Notes under the pieces: generated by a model
What the model was told of the DNA's origin: nothing
Databases searched by the model: none
The model's input: only the letters and a program-made list of their open reading frames with translations
Position numbers and translations under genes: made by a program
In this document: piece by piece, positions 1 through 10,313 of the stretch
Layout of the letters: each line of letters opens with the position of its first letter
Numbering within the stretch: the stretch's first letter is position 1
From: Clostridia bacterium
Lineage (GTDB): Bacteria > Bacillota > Clostridia > JAAYHZ01
Assembly: GCA_050950825.1 (NCBI GenBank)
Contig: JBMNIH010000003.1
Location: 333,117 to 397,116, forward strand
Direction of reading: 5' to 3'
Length of the DNA stretch: 64,000 bases

Positions 1-758
1 CCTATGCAAGAATTCTCGAACCGGATTCAAAACTCGGTACGTATGACCATCTCCACATGTACTATGAAAAACCGACTTTTGAATATGTGCATATACTTCG
101 CACCATGGATATTCTCGCGAAGAATTATGACGAATATATATGTCACTTATTCAAACACAGCAATACGGTAGTGCCTCGTGACACAACCGTATGTTACTTC
201 GATTGTACAAATTACTACTTCGAAACGGAATGTGAGGACGAAGACTACGTTGACGAAGTGACCGGCGAGATTCTCAAAGGTTTGAGAAAATACGGCCCTT
301 CAAAAGACTATAAACCGAATCCTCTTGTGGAAATGGGACTGTTTATGGATGCCCGAGGTATTACGATTTCCATGTGCATCAACTCCGGTTCGGACAATGA
401 GCAAATTTGTGCTCTTCCTCTTGAAAAGAAGTTAATTCAAATGTTGGAAGGCAAAAAATTCATTTATTGTGCCGACGCCGGTTTGGGTTCGCTGAACATT
501 CGGAAATTTAATTCCATGGGAGACAGAGCATTCATAGTGACTCAGTCCATAAAAAAGCTGTCGAATACGCTCAAAGAAGCCGTTTTTAACGATTACGATT
601 ACCGACTGTTATCAAACGGCAAGCCGATCTCGATTGAGCACATGAAATCTTTCGATAAACACGACAAAAAAATCCGGATCTATACCTCGACAAAGCGTAT
701 AAGGTTGTGGAAGCCGATAAGGCGGGAGAACTCGGATTATACGATGAAAAAACATTGA
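1..758 (+). pseudogene. Transposase, N-terminal part (frame 1), interrupted by a frameshift
   Basis: Frame 1 tail (IRIYTSTKRIRLWKPIRRENSDYTMKKH) looks non-native; the downstream frame opens just 5' of the A7 run at 666-672. Confidence 0.55.
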
Positions 759-1465
759 AAAACGGCAAGACGAAAAAAGCCAAATCCAAAGTTGCCTTAA
801 AGCAAAAACTTATCATAACTTTTTCGAGAAGAATAATGGAATATCAAAGACATATAAGAAACAAACAAATCGGTCGGGCGAAAAAGATTATTGAAAGCGG
901 CGATCCCGAGAGTATCAAAAAAGGGCCGAACGATGTCACTCGCTTTATCAAGAGAACATCGAAATCCATATCCGGAGAAAAAGCGACTGACTTTTACTGT
1001 ATAGATCAAGAATTGATTGAGGAAGAAGAAAAATATGACGGTTATTATGCCGTGACCACTAATCCGGATGATGACGTGAAATCGATTCTTGAAATCAACC
1101 ACAAGAGACACAAAATTGAAGACTGTTTCAGGGTCATGAAAACAAACTTTTCATCTCGTCCGGTTTTTCATCATAACAGGGAAAGTATAATCGCTCACTT
1201 TATGATATGCTATACCGCCCTCCTCATTTATCGACTGATGGAGGCAAAACTCGATGATTACGGTACCCACTTCACTACGGATGACATCATTGAAACGCTG
1301 AAGAACATAGCGGTAGTAAATGAGAGAGACTTGTATTACAGTTCCATCTACAATGGATCAAAAATACTAACGGCACTAAATGCCGTATTTGGTCTTGAAT
1401 TGGACAGAAAATACTATCTAACTAAAGAACTAAATAAAAAGATAAGAAAAATTTCAACCGAGTAA
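707..1465 (+). pseudogene. Transposase, C-terminal DDE part (frame 2)
   Basis: Track start is a GTG; this frame is open back to 659 and overlaps frame 1, implying a single-base indel in the A-run. Confidence 0.55.
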
Positions 1466-1749
1466 CTACATACAACATTTTTATAACGATTAAAAAAGAG
1501 GCTGAAACCTGCATAATACAAAGGGTTCAAGCCTCTTTAGTTATTCGTAACTGTCGAAAATCGGATCATGTATATTTCCATGTTTTAAGCATGATCTTGC
1601 TATTTTATATCTTATATACTTTATCCCTTTTATTGCCAATTTTCGATCGAAAGCCGAAGAAAGAAGTATGGAAAACGATGCGAAGAATATTTCATTTCCA
1701 TTCCGCAATCCCTATTCCGGTATTTTTTATTTCCCGCTTCTTGATCGTA

Positions 1750-2808
1750 TTAAGGTAAATTACAGCATACAGCCTTGCAAATCGAAATCTCCCGTTTATA
1801 TATCTGCCTGCACAGCTCCGGCAGACCGGTCAAATCTGTTTTATGCGTAATCAAGTCTTCACATTGAAAGATACCCTTGTCCAGCATATCCATGGTATAC
1901 TGCCACTCATTAACGGGATTGTTGCTGTAATTGGAGTTCCAAACCCCTCTAAACTCCAGCTCTTTACGCAGTATATTGCTATGGCTTTTTAGCGATAGTA
2001 CCGTATCTTTGTGCGGATTGCCCAGCATAACTACGGTTCCGTTAGGTTTGATGCAATCAATGGCCAGGTTCAGGGCAGCCCCCGTTCCCGTACCTTCTAT
2101 AACAACATCCGCCAATCTTCCGCGGTTATGATGTTTCACCAATGACACCGCATCTTCGGTTAATACGTTGTATGTTAACGCAAGTCCCCGCGACTGAGAA
2201 AACTTTACTTTTTCGTCCAACACATCGAATAATATGACCTTGAAGGCACCAAATATTTCACACCATCTTGCAGCCATAATACCGATGGGGCCGGCACCGA
2301 ATATTACAACGACACTTCCGCCGGTGACTCGTCCTTTTCGTACCGCATGTTGCGCTACGGTTGCAGGCTCTACCATGGACATCGCTCCAAACGATGTTCG
2401 GGGATTTGACGAAGGAACCAGATGCCATTTTGAAGGAATGACGCAGTATTCTGCGAAACCGCCGTCACGTCTGGAACCCAGATAATCATAATTATAACAT
2501 TTGGCATAATCTCCGGACTCGCATGAATCGCATGTTCCGCAAGGGATAAGAGGAAAAACCGCCGCTTTGGTACCGATTAAGGAGCTGTCCGCTTTATCTC
2601 CTACCGCGACAATCTCGCCGGCAAACTCATGCCCCAAAGTCAAAGGATACTTTTGGTTGCTAGTCCCCAGTTCATATATACGCGGAATATCGGAGCCGCA
2701 AATTCCGCATGCGCCTACCTTCATCAATAACTGTTCGCCCTGAATCTTAGGGATATCCAAGGTATCCGTTCTGAAATCTCCTATTTTGTGCATTCTTGCT
2801 GCTTTCAT
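1750..2808 (-). CDS. Zn-dependent medium-chain polyol/alcohol dehydrogenase
   Basis: 352 aa; GHEFAGE catalytic-zinc motif, Cys cluster CGTCDSC, Rossmann GAGPIG. Confidence 0.85.
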   Translation of the reverse strand: MKAARMHKIGDFRTDTLDIPKIQGEQLLMKVGACGICGSDIPRIYELGTSNQKYPLTLGHEFAGEIVAVGDKADSSLIGTKAAVFPLIPCGTCDSCESGDYAKCYNYDYLGSRRDGGFAEYCVIPSKWHLVPSSNPRTSFGAMSMVEPATVAQHAVRKGRVTGGSVVVIFGAGPIGIMAARWCEIFGAFKVILFDVLDEKVKFSQSRGLALTYNVLTEDAVSLVKHHNRGRLADVVIEGTGTGAALNLAIDCIKPNGTVVMLGNPHKDTVLSLKSHSNILRKELEFRGVWNSNYSNNPVNEWQYTMDMLDKGIFQCEDLITHKTDLTGLPELCRQIYKREISICKAVCCNLP

Positions 2809-2876
2809 CTTTTATCCCTTTACTAAACATAGCTTCTTATTTTTAAGAAAGAAGCATTTATTATTTTGCCATAGGT

Positions 2877-3557
2877 TTAAATCTTATACTCGTGAGAAAT
2901 GCATTTACGCATTTCCATGGCCGCATTGTAAATGGTCATGTTTTTCATAAACAATCCGGAGGAGCCCACTACAAAAATATCGGCACCGGCATCTCTCATA
3001 TGCCGCGAGTTTTCAAAGCTGACGTTTCCGTCAACCTGTATTTTTATATTAGGATATCCATGATCCAGAAGAAACCACTTTGTTTTCGCGATTTTATTCA
3101 AGCTGTACGGAATCATTTTTTGACCGGCAAAGCCCGGATTAACCGTCATAATCAGTATGAAATCCACATCATCCAAAATTTCCGTTATGGAAGTGACCGG
3201 AGTTGCCGGATTTATTGCCACACCCGGACACGCACCCATTTTTCTGATTCTTTCTAGCAAACGTTGCAGATGATACGTGGTTTCATAATGTACGGAAACC
3301 AGATCTCCCTGTTGAATATTAAAAAAATTCATCTTGTCTTCCGGACGTTCAACCATTAGATGGATATCAAAGGGTATGTCGGTTTGTTCCCTGATTTGGT
3401 CCATAACACAGGGCCCTAAGGTATAATTTGGCACAAACTGTCCATCCATAATATCAAAATGTAAATACTCAATTTCTGCAGCTTGCAGTTCTTTTAAATT
3501 ATTCTGCAAGTCAAGAAAGTTTGCGCACATCATTGATGCAGATAATTCTCCTGCCAT
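2877..3557 (-). CDS. Ribulose-phosphate 3-epimerase family protein (pentulose-5-phosphate 3-epimerase)
   Basis: RPE-type motifs (LHFDIMDG, VNPGFAGQ); start moved to the ATG at 3557, which has AAGGAG 7 nt upstream. Confidence 0.8.
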   Translation of the reverse strand: MAGELSASMMCANFLDLQNNLKELQAAEIEYLHFDIMDGQFVPNYTLGPCVMDQIREQTDIPFDIHLMVERPEDKMNFFNIQQGDLVSVHYETTYHLQRLLERIRKMGACPGVAINPATPVTSITEILDDVDFILIMTVNPGFAGQKMIPYSLNKIAKTKWFLLDHGYPNIKIQVDGNVSFENSRHMRDAGADIFVVGSSGLFMKNMTIYNAAMEMRKCISHEYKI

Positions 3558-3614
3558 GATATTGCTCTCCTTTTTCAAACGTTATTTAAGATATATTTCG
3601 AAATTCTTATTTTC

Positions 3615-5300
3615 TTAGTCAAAATGCGGTTCTTTATTCATTTTTTGCAGTAAATGCATTACATTATTTCCACCCTTGCCGAAATAATCATGCAGTTTTT
3701 CGTATTCTTTAAAACAGGAATCATAAATCTCCCGTTTATTCGAATCCGGTTCGTAATACTTATTACTTAAATGTGACATATGCGATACGGCATCTTCAAG
3801 GCAGTCATAGCCGCCATTTTCCTTCCCTGCCGCCAGTGCTCCCATGATTGCCGAGCCCAATGCAACGGTCTGGGTGGATTCGGCAATCCGGATTCGTATT
3901 CCCAGAATATCTGCAAAAATTTGCATAATGGTAGGGCTCTTTCTTGCAAGTCCTCCGCACGCGTATATTTCATTTATCGTCATGCCGGCATCGGTAATGG
4001 CTTTTACAATCATTTTCAAACCGTAGGCAGTGGACTCAATCAAGGCTCTGTATATATGCTCGGTGGTCGTTGACAATGTTATCCCTACAATTAACCCTGA
4101 CAGGTCGGTATTCTGAAGTATGCATCTATTTCCGTTCAGCCAATCCAATGCCAACAAGCCCGATTTTCCCGGAGGTATTTTTTCCACCTTCCCATTCATG
4201 ACATCAAATATCGATATGCCCTTTTCTTCCGCTTCAATATAATATTTGTATGGAACCAAGTTGTTCATGAACCATTCAAAAATATCGCCAACGGCCGACT
4301 GTCCGAAAATATGACCGTAATATCCCGGCACAAAGATGTCCTTGGCCATGCCTATTGCACCCGGAACCATAATTTCCTCTTTACTGAGCAGCATAAACAC
4401 ACCGGATGTGCCGATGACCAAAAGGGCGGTACCCTCCTGCAGGACTCCAAGGGCCGGAAATGCAACCGGACTGTCGGAGTTACCCATGCAAACAGCAGTG
4501 CCTGCACGCAATTTGGTTTTTGCAGCCATTTCTTCCGTAAGGCCGCCTGCTCTTGTAAAGAAAGATTGGACATGCGTTCCCAGCTTGTCTTCAACTATTT
4601 TTTCCAGTCTTGCGTCGATTGCTTTAAAAAATTCTCCCGAAGGGAAACCTCTGACAGGGTCCCATTGAGCATGCAGACATGCGACCGTGCTATTGCGTAC
4701 TTCTTTTCCCGTCAGAAGATAAACAAGCCAGTCCGAAAGCTCCGTGAACCTGTACGTCGCATCGTAGATCATAGGGGCTTCTTCCAATATCTCCATTGCC
4801 TTGGGATACAGCCATTCCGCCGAAACCTTGCCGCCGCAATGCCGTAAAAATTTCTGCCCCGTTTCTTCCGCAATCCTGTTTAAGGTGTCCGCCTGCTTTT
4901 GTGCACCATGGTGCTTCCACAGCTTAGGCCAGCTATGAGGATTATTTTTAAATTCATCGTGCATGCAAAGAGGCATATAGTTTTTATCGACAGGTATGAT
5001 GGTGGAAGCCGTAGAATCCACGCCGATACCTATAATCCGGTCCGGATCCACGTTGCTCTTCTGCAGTATGTCCCGCAGCAAGCTCTCAAGGGCTTCCATA
5101 TAGTCTTTTGGATTCTGTAGCGCATAGCCTGCAGGCAGCTTTATTTTTGTATCCGGCAGCATGTCATCTATGACCGCGTCCTGATAACCCACAATGGAAA
5201 CGGCAACTTCATCGCCGGTGTCTACGTCGACCAATACGGCGCGAGCCGAAAGGGTACCAAAATCCATGCCGATTGAATATCTTTTATCCATAAAATTCAT
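3615..5300 (-). CDS. araB: FGGY-family ribulokinase (AraB-like)
   Basis: 561 aa; closely matches my recollection of Bacillus AraB (IGIGVDSTASTIIP, NPHSWPKLWKHHGAQ, ALDWLNGNR). Confidence 0.8.
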   Translation of the reverse strand: MNFMDKRYSIGMDFGTLSARAVLVDVDTGDEVAVSIVGYQDAVIDDMLPDTKIKLPAGYALQNPKDYMEALESLLRDILQKSNVDPDRIIGIGVDSTASTIIPVDKNYMPLCMHDEFKNNPHSWPKLWKHHGAQKQADTLNRIAEETGQKFLRHCGGKVSAEWLYPKAMEILEEAPMIYDATYRFTELSDWLVYLLTGKEVRNSTVACLHAQWDPVRGFPSGEFFKAIDARLEKIVEDKLGTHVQSFFTRAGGLTEEMAAKTKLRAGTAVCMGNSDSPVAFPALGVLQEGTALLVIGTSGVFMLLSKEEIMVPGAIGMAKDIFVPGYYGHIFGQSAVGDIFEWFMNNLVPYKYYIEAEEKGISIFDVMNGKVEKIPPGKSGLLALDWLNGNRCILQNTDLSGLIVGITLSTTTEHIYRALIESTAYGLKMIVKAITDAGMTINEIYACGGLARKSPTIMQIFADILGIRIRIAESTQTVALGSAIMGALAAGKENGGYDCLEDAVSHMSHLSNKYYEPDSNKREIYDSCFKEYEKLHDYFGKGGNNVMHLLQKMNKEPHFD

Positions 5301-5507
5301 AAACCTTTTTCTTTAATGTTCATTAAGCAATTCTCCCTAAATTAGGGTGCTTTATGATAATAAAAATAAACTTTTAATACATTCGTTGTATCAAAATCAA
5401 AACCATTATACATTTGAAATTTTACAATCGTCAATGCTGTGAATTATTTCTCACATTTGTGAATAGTGATAAGGAAAGAATTCCAAGACATATTAAGCTC
5501 ATCGAAA

Positions 5508-5536
5508 TTGACAGCTTGATTTTCTTAACATATTAT
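5508..5536 (+). promoter_or_regulatory. Sigma-A-type promoter for the SorC regulator gene
   Basis: TTGACA (5508-5513), 17-nt spacer, TATTAT (5531-5536); about 40 nt upstream of the ATG at 5575. Confidence 0.5.
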
Positions 5537-5574
5537 AGATATAACTTATAAAAAAGCGTAAGGGATTTTTTAAT

Positions 5575-6516
5575 ATGAACGAAAACGAGGAACGCCGTCA
5601 GCTTTTGATCGATGTTGCACGTATGTATTATTTCGAAAATATGTCTCAGCAGCAAATAGCTGACATACTGCACATGTCACGGTCCAATGTTTCGCTGCTG
5701 TTAAGGAGCTGTTTGGAAAACTCGATTATCGAAATCAAAATTAATGATACGGTCTCCAGAGCACATGACTTGGCGGCTCTTATCAAGCAAAAATTCTCTT
5801 TAAAAACCGTATTGATTGCACAATCCTTTAAGAATCCCGAACGATGTCTGGAAAGCGTGTGCCGGCTTGCAGCGCATTATCTTAAGTCAATATTGTCTAA
5901 CGGAATGCTATTAGGATATACAAATGACATTGTGGCATACCATATTGCAGACAAATTGTCTTTTTTGGATTATGTGAAGATCAATACGATTCAGATGATG
6001 GGGGGATTAAGTAATATAATCAAGGATATCGATGGACAAGCACTGGCGCAGATCTTTTCAAAAAAGCTTAACGGTACCTCCTACGTTCTGCAAGCGCCTT
6101 TAAAGGTAAAATCAAGTACGTTAAAGGAGTTGCTGATGGCCGAACCCGTTATTCAAAGTACCTTTGAAATGTATTCGAAGATTGATGTCGCAATCATGCA
6201 AATCACCAAACCAAACCTTTTACCGCATATTCAACAATCGGATGAAATTTGCAGTAAAGCGGAGCTGCTGCAGTTATCCGAGCTTGGCGCCGTTTGTCAT
6301 TTTTGCGGCAGATATCTGGACAAAAACGGATCCTCCTGCAATGCCGGAATAAACGAGCGGATTATGGCGATTGATCCGGAAACAATAAAGAGCATTCCCA
6401 CCGTTATAGGTGTTTCTGCCAATATTAGCAATACCCAAGCGGTATTGAGCTGTGTGAAGGGCGGATATATCAACAGTCTGATCATTGACGAGGCGATGGC
6501 AAGGAGCTTATTGTAA
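5575..6516 (+). CDS. SorC/DeoR-family sugar-binding transcriptional regulator
   Basis: 313 aa; N-terminal HTH (MSQQQIADILHMSRSNVSLLL) plus sugar-binding domain; divergent from the kinase operon. Confidence 0.75.
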   Translation: MNENEERRQLLIDVARMYYFENMSQQQIADILHMSRSNVSLLLRSCLENSIIEIKINDTVSRAHDLAALIKQKFSLKTVLIAQSFKNPERCLESVCRLAAHYLKSILSNGMLLGYTNDIVAYHIADKLSFLDYVKINTIQMMGGLSNIIKDIDGQALAQIFSKKLNGTSYVLQAPLKVKSSTLKELLMAEPVIQSTFEMYSKIDVAIMQITKPNLLPHIQQSDEICSKAELLQLSELGAVCHFCGRYLDKNGSSCNAGINERIMAIDPETIKSIPTVIGVSANISNTQAVLSCVKGGYINSLIIDEAMARSLL

Positions 6517-6672
6517 GGGATCATATCCGGCCCCTACGGCTTCCCGACATTTCTTTAGATTGCATAAGATTCATAGGTTTCATATCAAAAAAACTTCGAT
6601 CACGAACAAAGGGACCGCTTGGATACAAGCAGTCCCTTTATTTCGTATGATTTTCTTAATCCGTTTTTAAAA

Positions 6673-8520
6673 TTATTCTTTCAGTTTAAACTTCAATCCC
6701 GGATCGTAATCTTTGAATTCAGGATTGTTATAGTACTTGTCGATCATCGTTTGCAATCCGTTTGCATAGAGTTGATCGATGTACTGTTGCCATTCCTGAC
6801 TGAAGTTGGAGATTTCGCCTGCCAATGCACGGTTTTTGAAGTCGTTGATGATCGGATTCAACTGGGCATCGATTTCCGCCTTATCTTTTACGTATTCTGC
6901 ATAGAGTTCTCTTCCCATGTAGGCTTCAGCCGTATATTTGAGAGGATTCAACGCATACTTTTCAAACAGACCGTTTGCATGCATGTAAGCCATGTAAGAC
7001 CAGTAGCCGTTTTTAACAGCGTTGTCGATTTGGAATTGAACGGTGGAAGGATAGTTCCACAATCCGAATACGTTCAATTGACCTCTGTATTCTTCGGGAA
7101 GCTCGGCGGTAGGAGTAGCCAATCTTGTGCTGATATAAGGTTCTCCTGCCCATTTCCAATGGATACCTTCGATACCTTCTTTGTAGCGAATCCAGTTATC
7201 CAAGCTGCTGAATGTGGTGTACTGCAGGATTCTGCAGATTCTTTCCAACTTCGCATCGTCAACCTGAGCACCGATCATTTGTACTCTGTATAATCCCGTT
7301 CCGTAGGGGTCAATGTTGTAGGTCATGTCAACCAATTTGCCTTCCGGACCTCTGAACATCGGACCAATGACAAAGCGTGCATCTTCGTCGACAGTCAACA
7401 AGATGTTCTGCGGAGGATATACTCTGTAGGTGTCGCTGTTCAAGGACAAGTATCCGCCGCCGTTAACACCGTAGATACCGTATTTGTTCGTAGCAGACAT
7501 CGCTTGGTATTCGGCTACCCAGCCTTCAACGCCCGGTCTCGGAACCATGTAACCCTTTGTTAAGTTTTCGGATACCCATGCCAAATAATCTCTGTAAGGA
7601 GTATAAGCATACTTCGGTACGATATCTCCCGTATTGGGATCTTTGTATAAGTAGTTCAAGTCATGAACAAATCCGAACAAACCTTCTTGGGTCATATTGG
7701 TCCAAGCGGATTCGATCAAGTACAGCATACCGTACGTATCGTCGATACCGTTTCCGTCGGGGTCATCTTCCGTGAATTTTCTCAACATGTCATTCATTTC
7801 TTCAAATGTGAAGTTTCCTTCGGTGAAGAAAATGTTGTCGTTGAATTTTTCATAGCCTTCTACAACCATCTTAACCGGTACCAATTGATCTTCATCAAAT
7901 CCGTAACCGATATTTTCGAGCCAGTCCAAATTGATGCAGGTTGCATCGTAGAAGTATTGGCATCCGCCTAAGTTGTTGTGGGTAAAGCCAATGTACTCGT
8001 CGGTTTTACCGGGAACCAAATTGTATGAGAACCCTACGGGGATTTTTTCCATAGCTTCAACATAGCCGGGAACCCAATCCTTCATTTGCTGGAGGGTAAT
8101 GGAACGGGTAATTCCTTCTTCGAATAAGCCGTACGGATCTCGGGGAGCTCCGGGAGCAAAGAAGTAGTCGGGAATATCGCCGGCTGCTATTAATGCTGCC
8201 ATTCTTTCGGTATTTCTTCCGTCTTCAGGCCATACTTGGAGGTCGACATTGAACATTTCTTCCAGTTCAAGTTCATCCCATCTGCCGTCTCTCCAGTCGG
8301 CATTCAGCTGGGTCAACCAAGTAATTTCGAAGAACTCTTCGAACGGATTTTCTTCTACTTCAGCCGTAGTAGTTCCGGCAGTGGTGTTTCCTGCCCCTTT
8401 TGTAGTTCCTGTTGTCACTTTTGTAGTTTCACTACCTTTTGGCTCTTGTTCGCTTTTGGTACATGCCACAAAAGAGAAAACCAAAGCCAAAACCAATAGC
8501 AAGGTTAAAACTCTTTTCAT
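6673..8520 (-). CDS. Large extracellular solute-binding lipoprotein (ABC-type sugar-binding protein, Lpl-like)
   Basis: Signal peptide with lipobox (LVFSFVAC), Thr/Gly-rich linker; start set at MKRVL (ATG 8520) with AGGAGG RBS; paralogous to 51823..53661. Confidence 0.75.
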   Translation of the reverse strand: MKRVLTLLLVLALVFSFVACTKSEQEPKGSETTKVTTGTTKGAGNTTAGTTTAEVEENPFEEFFEITWLTQLNADWRDGRWDELELEEMFNVDLQVWPEDGRNTERMAALIAAGDIPDYFFAPGAPRDPYGLFEEGITRSITLQQMKDWVPGYVEAMEKIPVGFSYNLVPGKTDEYIGFTHNNLGGCQYFYDATCINLDWLENIGYGFDEDQLVPVKMVVEGYEKFNDNIFFTEGNFTFEEMNDMLRKFTEDDPDGNGIDDTYGMLYLIESAWTNMTQEGLFGFVHDLNYLYKDPNTGDIVPKYAYTPYRDYLAWVSENLTKGYMVPRPGVEGWVAEYQAMSATNKYGIYGVNGGGYLSLNSDTYRVYPPQNILLTVDEDARFVIGPMFRGPEGKLVDMTYNIDPYGTGLYRVQMIGAQVDDAKLERICRILQYTTFSSLDNWIRYKEGIEGIHWKWAGEPYISTRLATPTAELPEEYRGQLNVFGLWNYPSTVQFQIDNAVKNGYWSYMAYMHANGLFEKYALNPLKYTAEAYMGRELYAEYVKDKAEIDAQLNPIINDFKNRALAGEISNFSQEWQQYIDQLYANGLQTMIDKYYNNPEFKDYDPGLKFKLKE

Positions 8521-8675
8521 GTAAAGCCTCCTTATAAAAACTAATGCATACAGTTTACTATAATATGCATATATTTGTCCATATACGGAGCAAATATTTT
8601 TTGTCGGAGGCGAATTTTTGGGCTTTTTCCCCATTAATTATAGTTATATTTACTTATATTTCCATTTTTACTATG

Positions 8676-8945
8676 TCAAATTATAGTATTCTTTTGTATA
8701 TCCTTACTTATCTCCATAATGTATGCAAACAACTTTGCAATAAGCTCTTTCATGTCGGGATCGTCAACATACCCTTTTACTTTGTGAATAACCTCCGCTT
8801 CTCGACCGGAATCCAAAACCGGAATATGATTCTCCTTCTTGTATCGGGCGATATTTTTAACGACCTCCATTCGCTCGAGAAACAGGCGTACCAGCTCTCT
8901 ATCCAAAGAATCGATCTTTTCTCTATAGGATTTTAATTCGTCCAC
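8676..8945 (-). CDS. Chorismate mutase (AroQ type)
   Basis: 89 aa all-helical motif pattern (REKIDSLDRELVRLFLERMEVVKNIARYK); GTG start with AAAGGAGG 8 nt upstream. Confidence 0.7.
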   Translation of the reverse strand: MDELKSYREKIDSLDRELVRLFLERMEVVKNIARYKKENHIPVLDSGREAEVIHKVKGYVDDPDMKELIAKLFAYIMEISKDIQKNTII

Positions 8946-9009
8946 GGTACATCCCTCCTTTTTGAATATGATTTTACGATTATTATAACAAAGGAAAGCT
9001 CTTTAAGCA

Positions 9010-9041
9010 TGCAAAAAACCCGGAATACAAATTCCGGGTTT
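9010..9041 (-). terminator. Intrinsic terminator downstream of rplL
   Basis: GC-rich hairpin AACCCGGAAT-ACAA-ATTCCGGGTT followed by a T-run on the minus strand. Confidence 0.7.
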
Positions 9042-9071
9042 TCAATAATCCGTTTTCTAAAGCCGGTAATC

Positions 9072-9455
9072 TTATTTAATTTCGATTGTTGCTCCGACTT
9101 CTTTGAATTTAGCTTGGATATCTTCCGCTTCTTGCTTGGAAACGGCTTCCTTAACGGTTCCGGGAGCTCCGTCAACGAGAGCTTTCGCTTCTTTCAAGCC
9201 AAGGCCGGTTACTTCTCTGACAACCTTGATAACCTTAATCTTGTCTGCGCCGACTTCCTTCAAGATAACGTCGAATTCGGTCTTTTCTTCCACTTCTTCA
9301 GCGGCTGCAGCAGCGGCTGCGGGAGCAGCGGCTACGGCTACGGGAGCAGCAGCGGATACGCCAAATTCTTCTTCCAAAGCTTTAACCAATTCAGCCAATT
9401 CCAATACTGTCAGCTGTTTTAATTCATTGATAATTGCAGTTACTTTTTCACTCAT
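9072..9455 (-). CDS. rplL: 50S ribosomal protein L7/L12
   Basis: Ala-rich hinge and conserved C-terminal domain; start at MSEKV with GGAGGG RBS. Confidence 0.95.
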   Translation of the reverse strand: MSEKVTAIINELKQLTVLELAELVKALEEEFGVSAAAPVAVAAAPAAAAAAAEEVEEKTEFDVILKEVGADKIKVIKVVREVTGLGLKEAKALVDGAPGTVKEAVSKQEAEDIQAKFKEVGATIEIK

Positions 9456-9547
9456 TTTATATAACCCTCCGTATGGTTCTTTCATATTTCATTGTCCGGT
9501 TTTACCGGTTTTCATTTATTGAAAATTTCGTTTTTAAAGTTTTATTG

Positions 9548-10084
9548 TTAAGCTTGTGCCTCTTGACGCTTTTCTAAAATAGCGTTTAAAGCCACAACAA
9601 GTCCTCTTAAGTTACCGTTGAGAACGTTAACCAATCCGTACAGCGGTGCACTGAATCCGCCTACAACCTTCGCGATCAATTCTTCCTTCGAAGGAAGCGT
9701 AGCTAATCTTTCCACATGGCTGACATCAATTTTGCTGCCTTCCAATATGCCGGATTTGATCTTAATCTTATCTATTTCCTTTTGGTATTTGAACATGAGC
9801 TTCGAAGGAGCTACCGGATCCTCGCTAAATGCAATGGCGTTCGGACCTTTCAAGTCTTCTTCAAAACCTTTAAACCCCAGCTGCTCGAATGCATGAGCCA
9901 ATATGGCGTTTTTAACCACCTTGTAATGTACACCGGCTTCACGCAATTCTTTTCTCATCTTTGTATCCTTATCAACGGTGATACCTTGATACTCGGAAAT
10001 CACGACGCTTTTGGAGTTTTTCAGTAATTCTACCAGTTCACTGACTTCCTGCTTTTTTTGTTCTAATATTTTCTCACTTGCCAA
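9548..10084 (-). CDS. rplJ: 50S ribosomal protein L10
   Basis: L10 family; likely TTG start at 10084 (ASEKILEQKK...) 7 nt after GGAGG. Confidence 0.9.
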   Translation of the reverse strand: MASEKILEQKKQEVSELVELLKNSKSVVISEYQGITVDKDTKMRKELREAGVHYKVVKNAILAHAFEQLGFKGFEEDLKGPNAIAFSEDPVAPSKLMFKYQKEIDKIKIKSGILEGSKIDVSHVERLATLPSKEELIAKVVGGFSAPLYGLVNVLNGNLRGLVVALNAILEKRQEAQA

Positions 10085-10313
10085 ATATAACACCTCCTTC
10101 CGGGAGTATCGGATATAAAATAAACCTCGTACATATAGACATACGAGGCTTTAAGAATAATCAATGATTATAATCCATTCTATTCTTCATGTTTCATTAA
10201 AACATTACCTCGGTAGGATGGCTTTTTAAGCTCTTACGAGCTCCTACTGTCTATAGTAACGTGTGCCATTATACATCAGTTGTTTTCAAAAAGCAATCGA
10301 TTTTTTAAAATTT
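10085..10313 (-). promoter_or_regulatory. rplJ (L10) leader, probable autoregulatory leader region
   Basis: ~230-nt structured untranslated region between rplA and rplJ, the position where an L10 autoregulatory leader is expected; structure not modelled. Confidence 0.5.

Larger units (their letters stand above)
1..1465 (+). mobile_element. Partial IS4-superfamily (IS1634-like) insertion sequence; transposase reading frame is open to the window start
   Basis: ORFs 57..758 and 707..1465 together resemble one DDE transposase; C-terminal signature R-x3-E-x6-K (RHKIEDCFRVMK); frame is open upstream of the ATG at 57 to nt 1. Confidence 0.6.

Noticed and set aside
5438-5455. TGTGA-N8-TCACA palindrome as a CRP or cre site
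   Set aside because: Spacing does not fit the E. coli CRP consensus (N6) and the sequence lacks the central CG of Firmicute cre sites; kept only as a possible operator
8933-9175. 80-aa minus-strand ORF spanning the rplL terminator and chorismate mutase start
   Set aside because: Crosses an intrinsic terminator hairpin and overlaps two better-supported genes; no RBS
9009-9522. Plus-strand ORFs of 137-139 aa (9009..9422, 9103..9522) antisense to rplL
   Set aside because: They fully overlap a highly conserved ribosomal protein gene and their translations are low-complexity (Ser/Ala-rich); antisense artefacts
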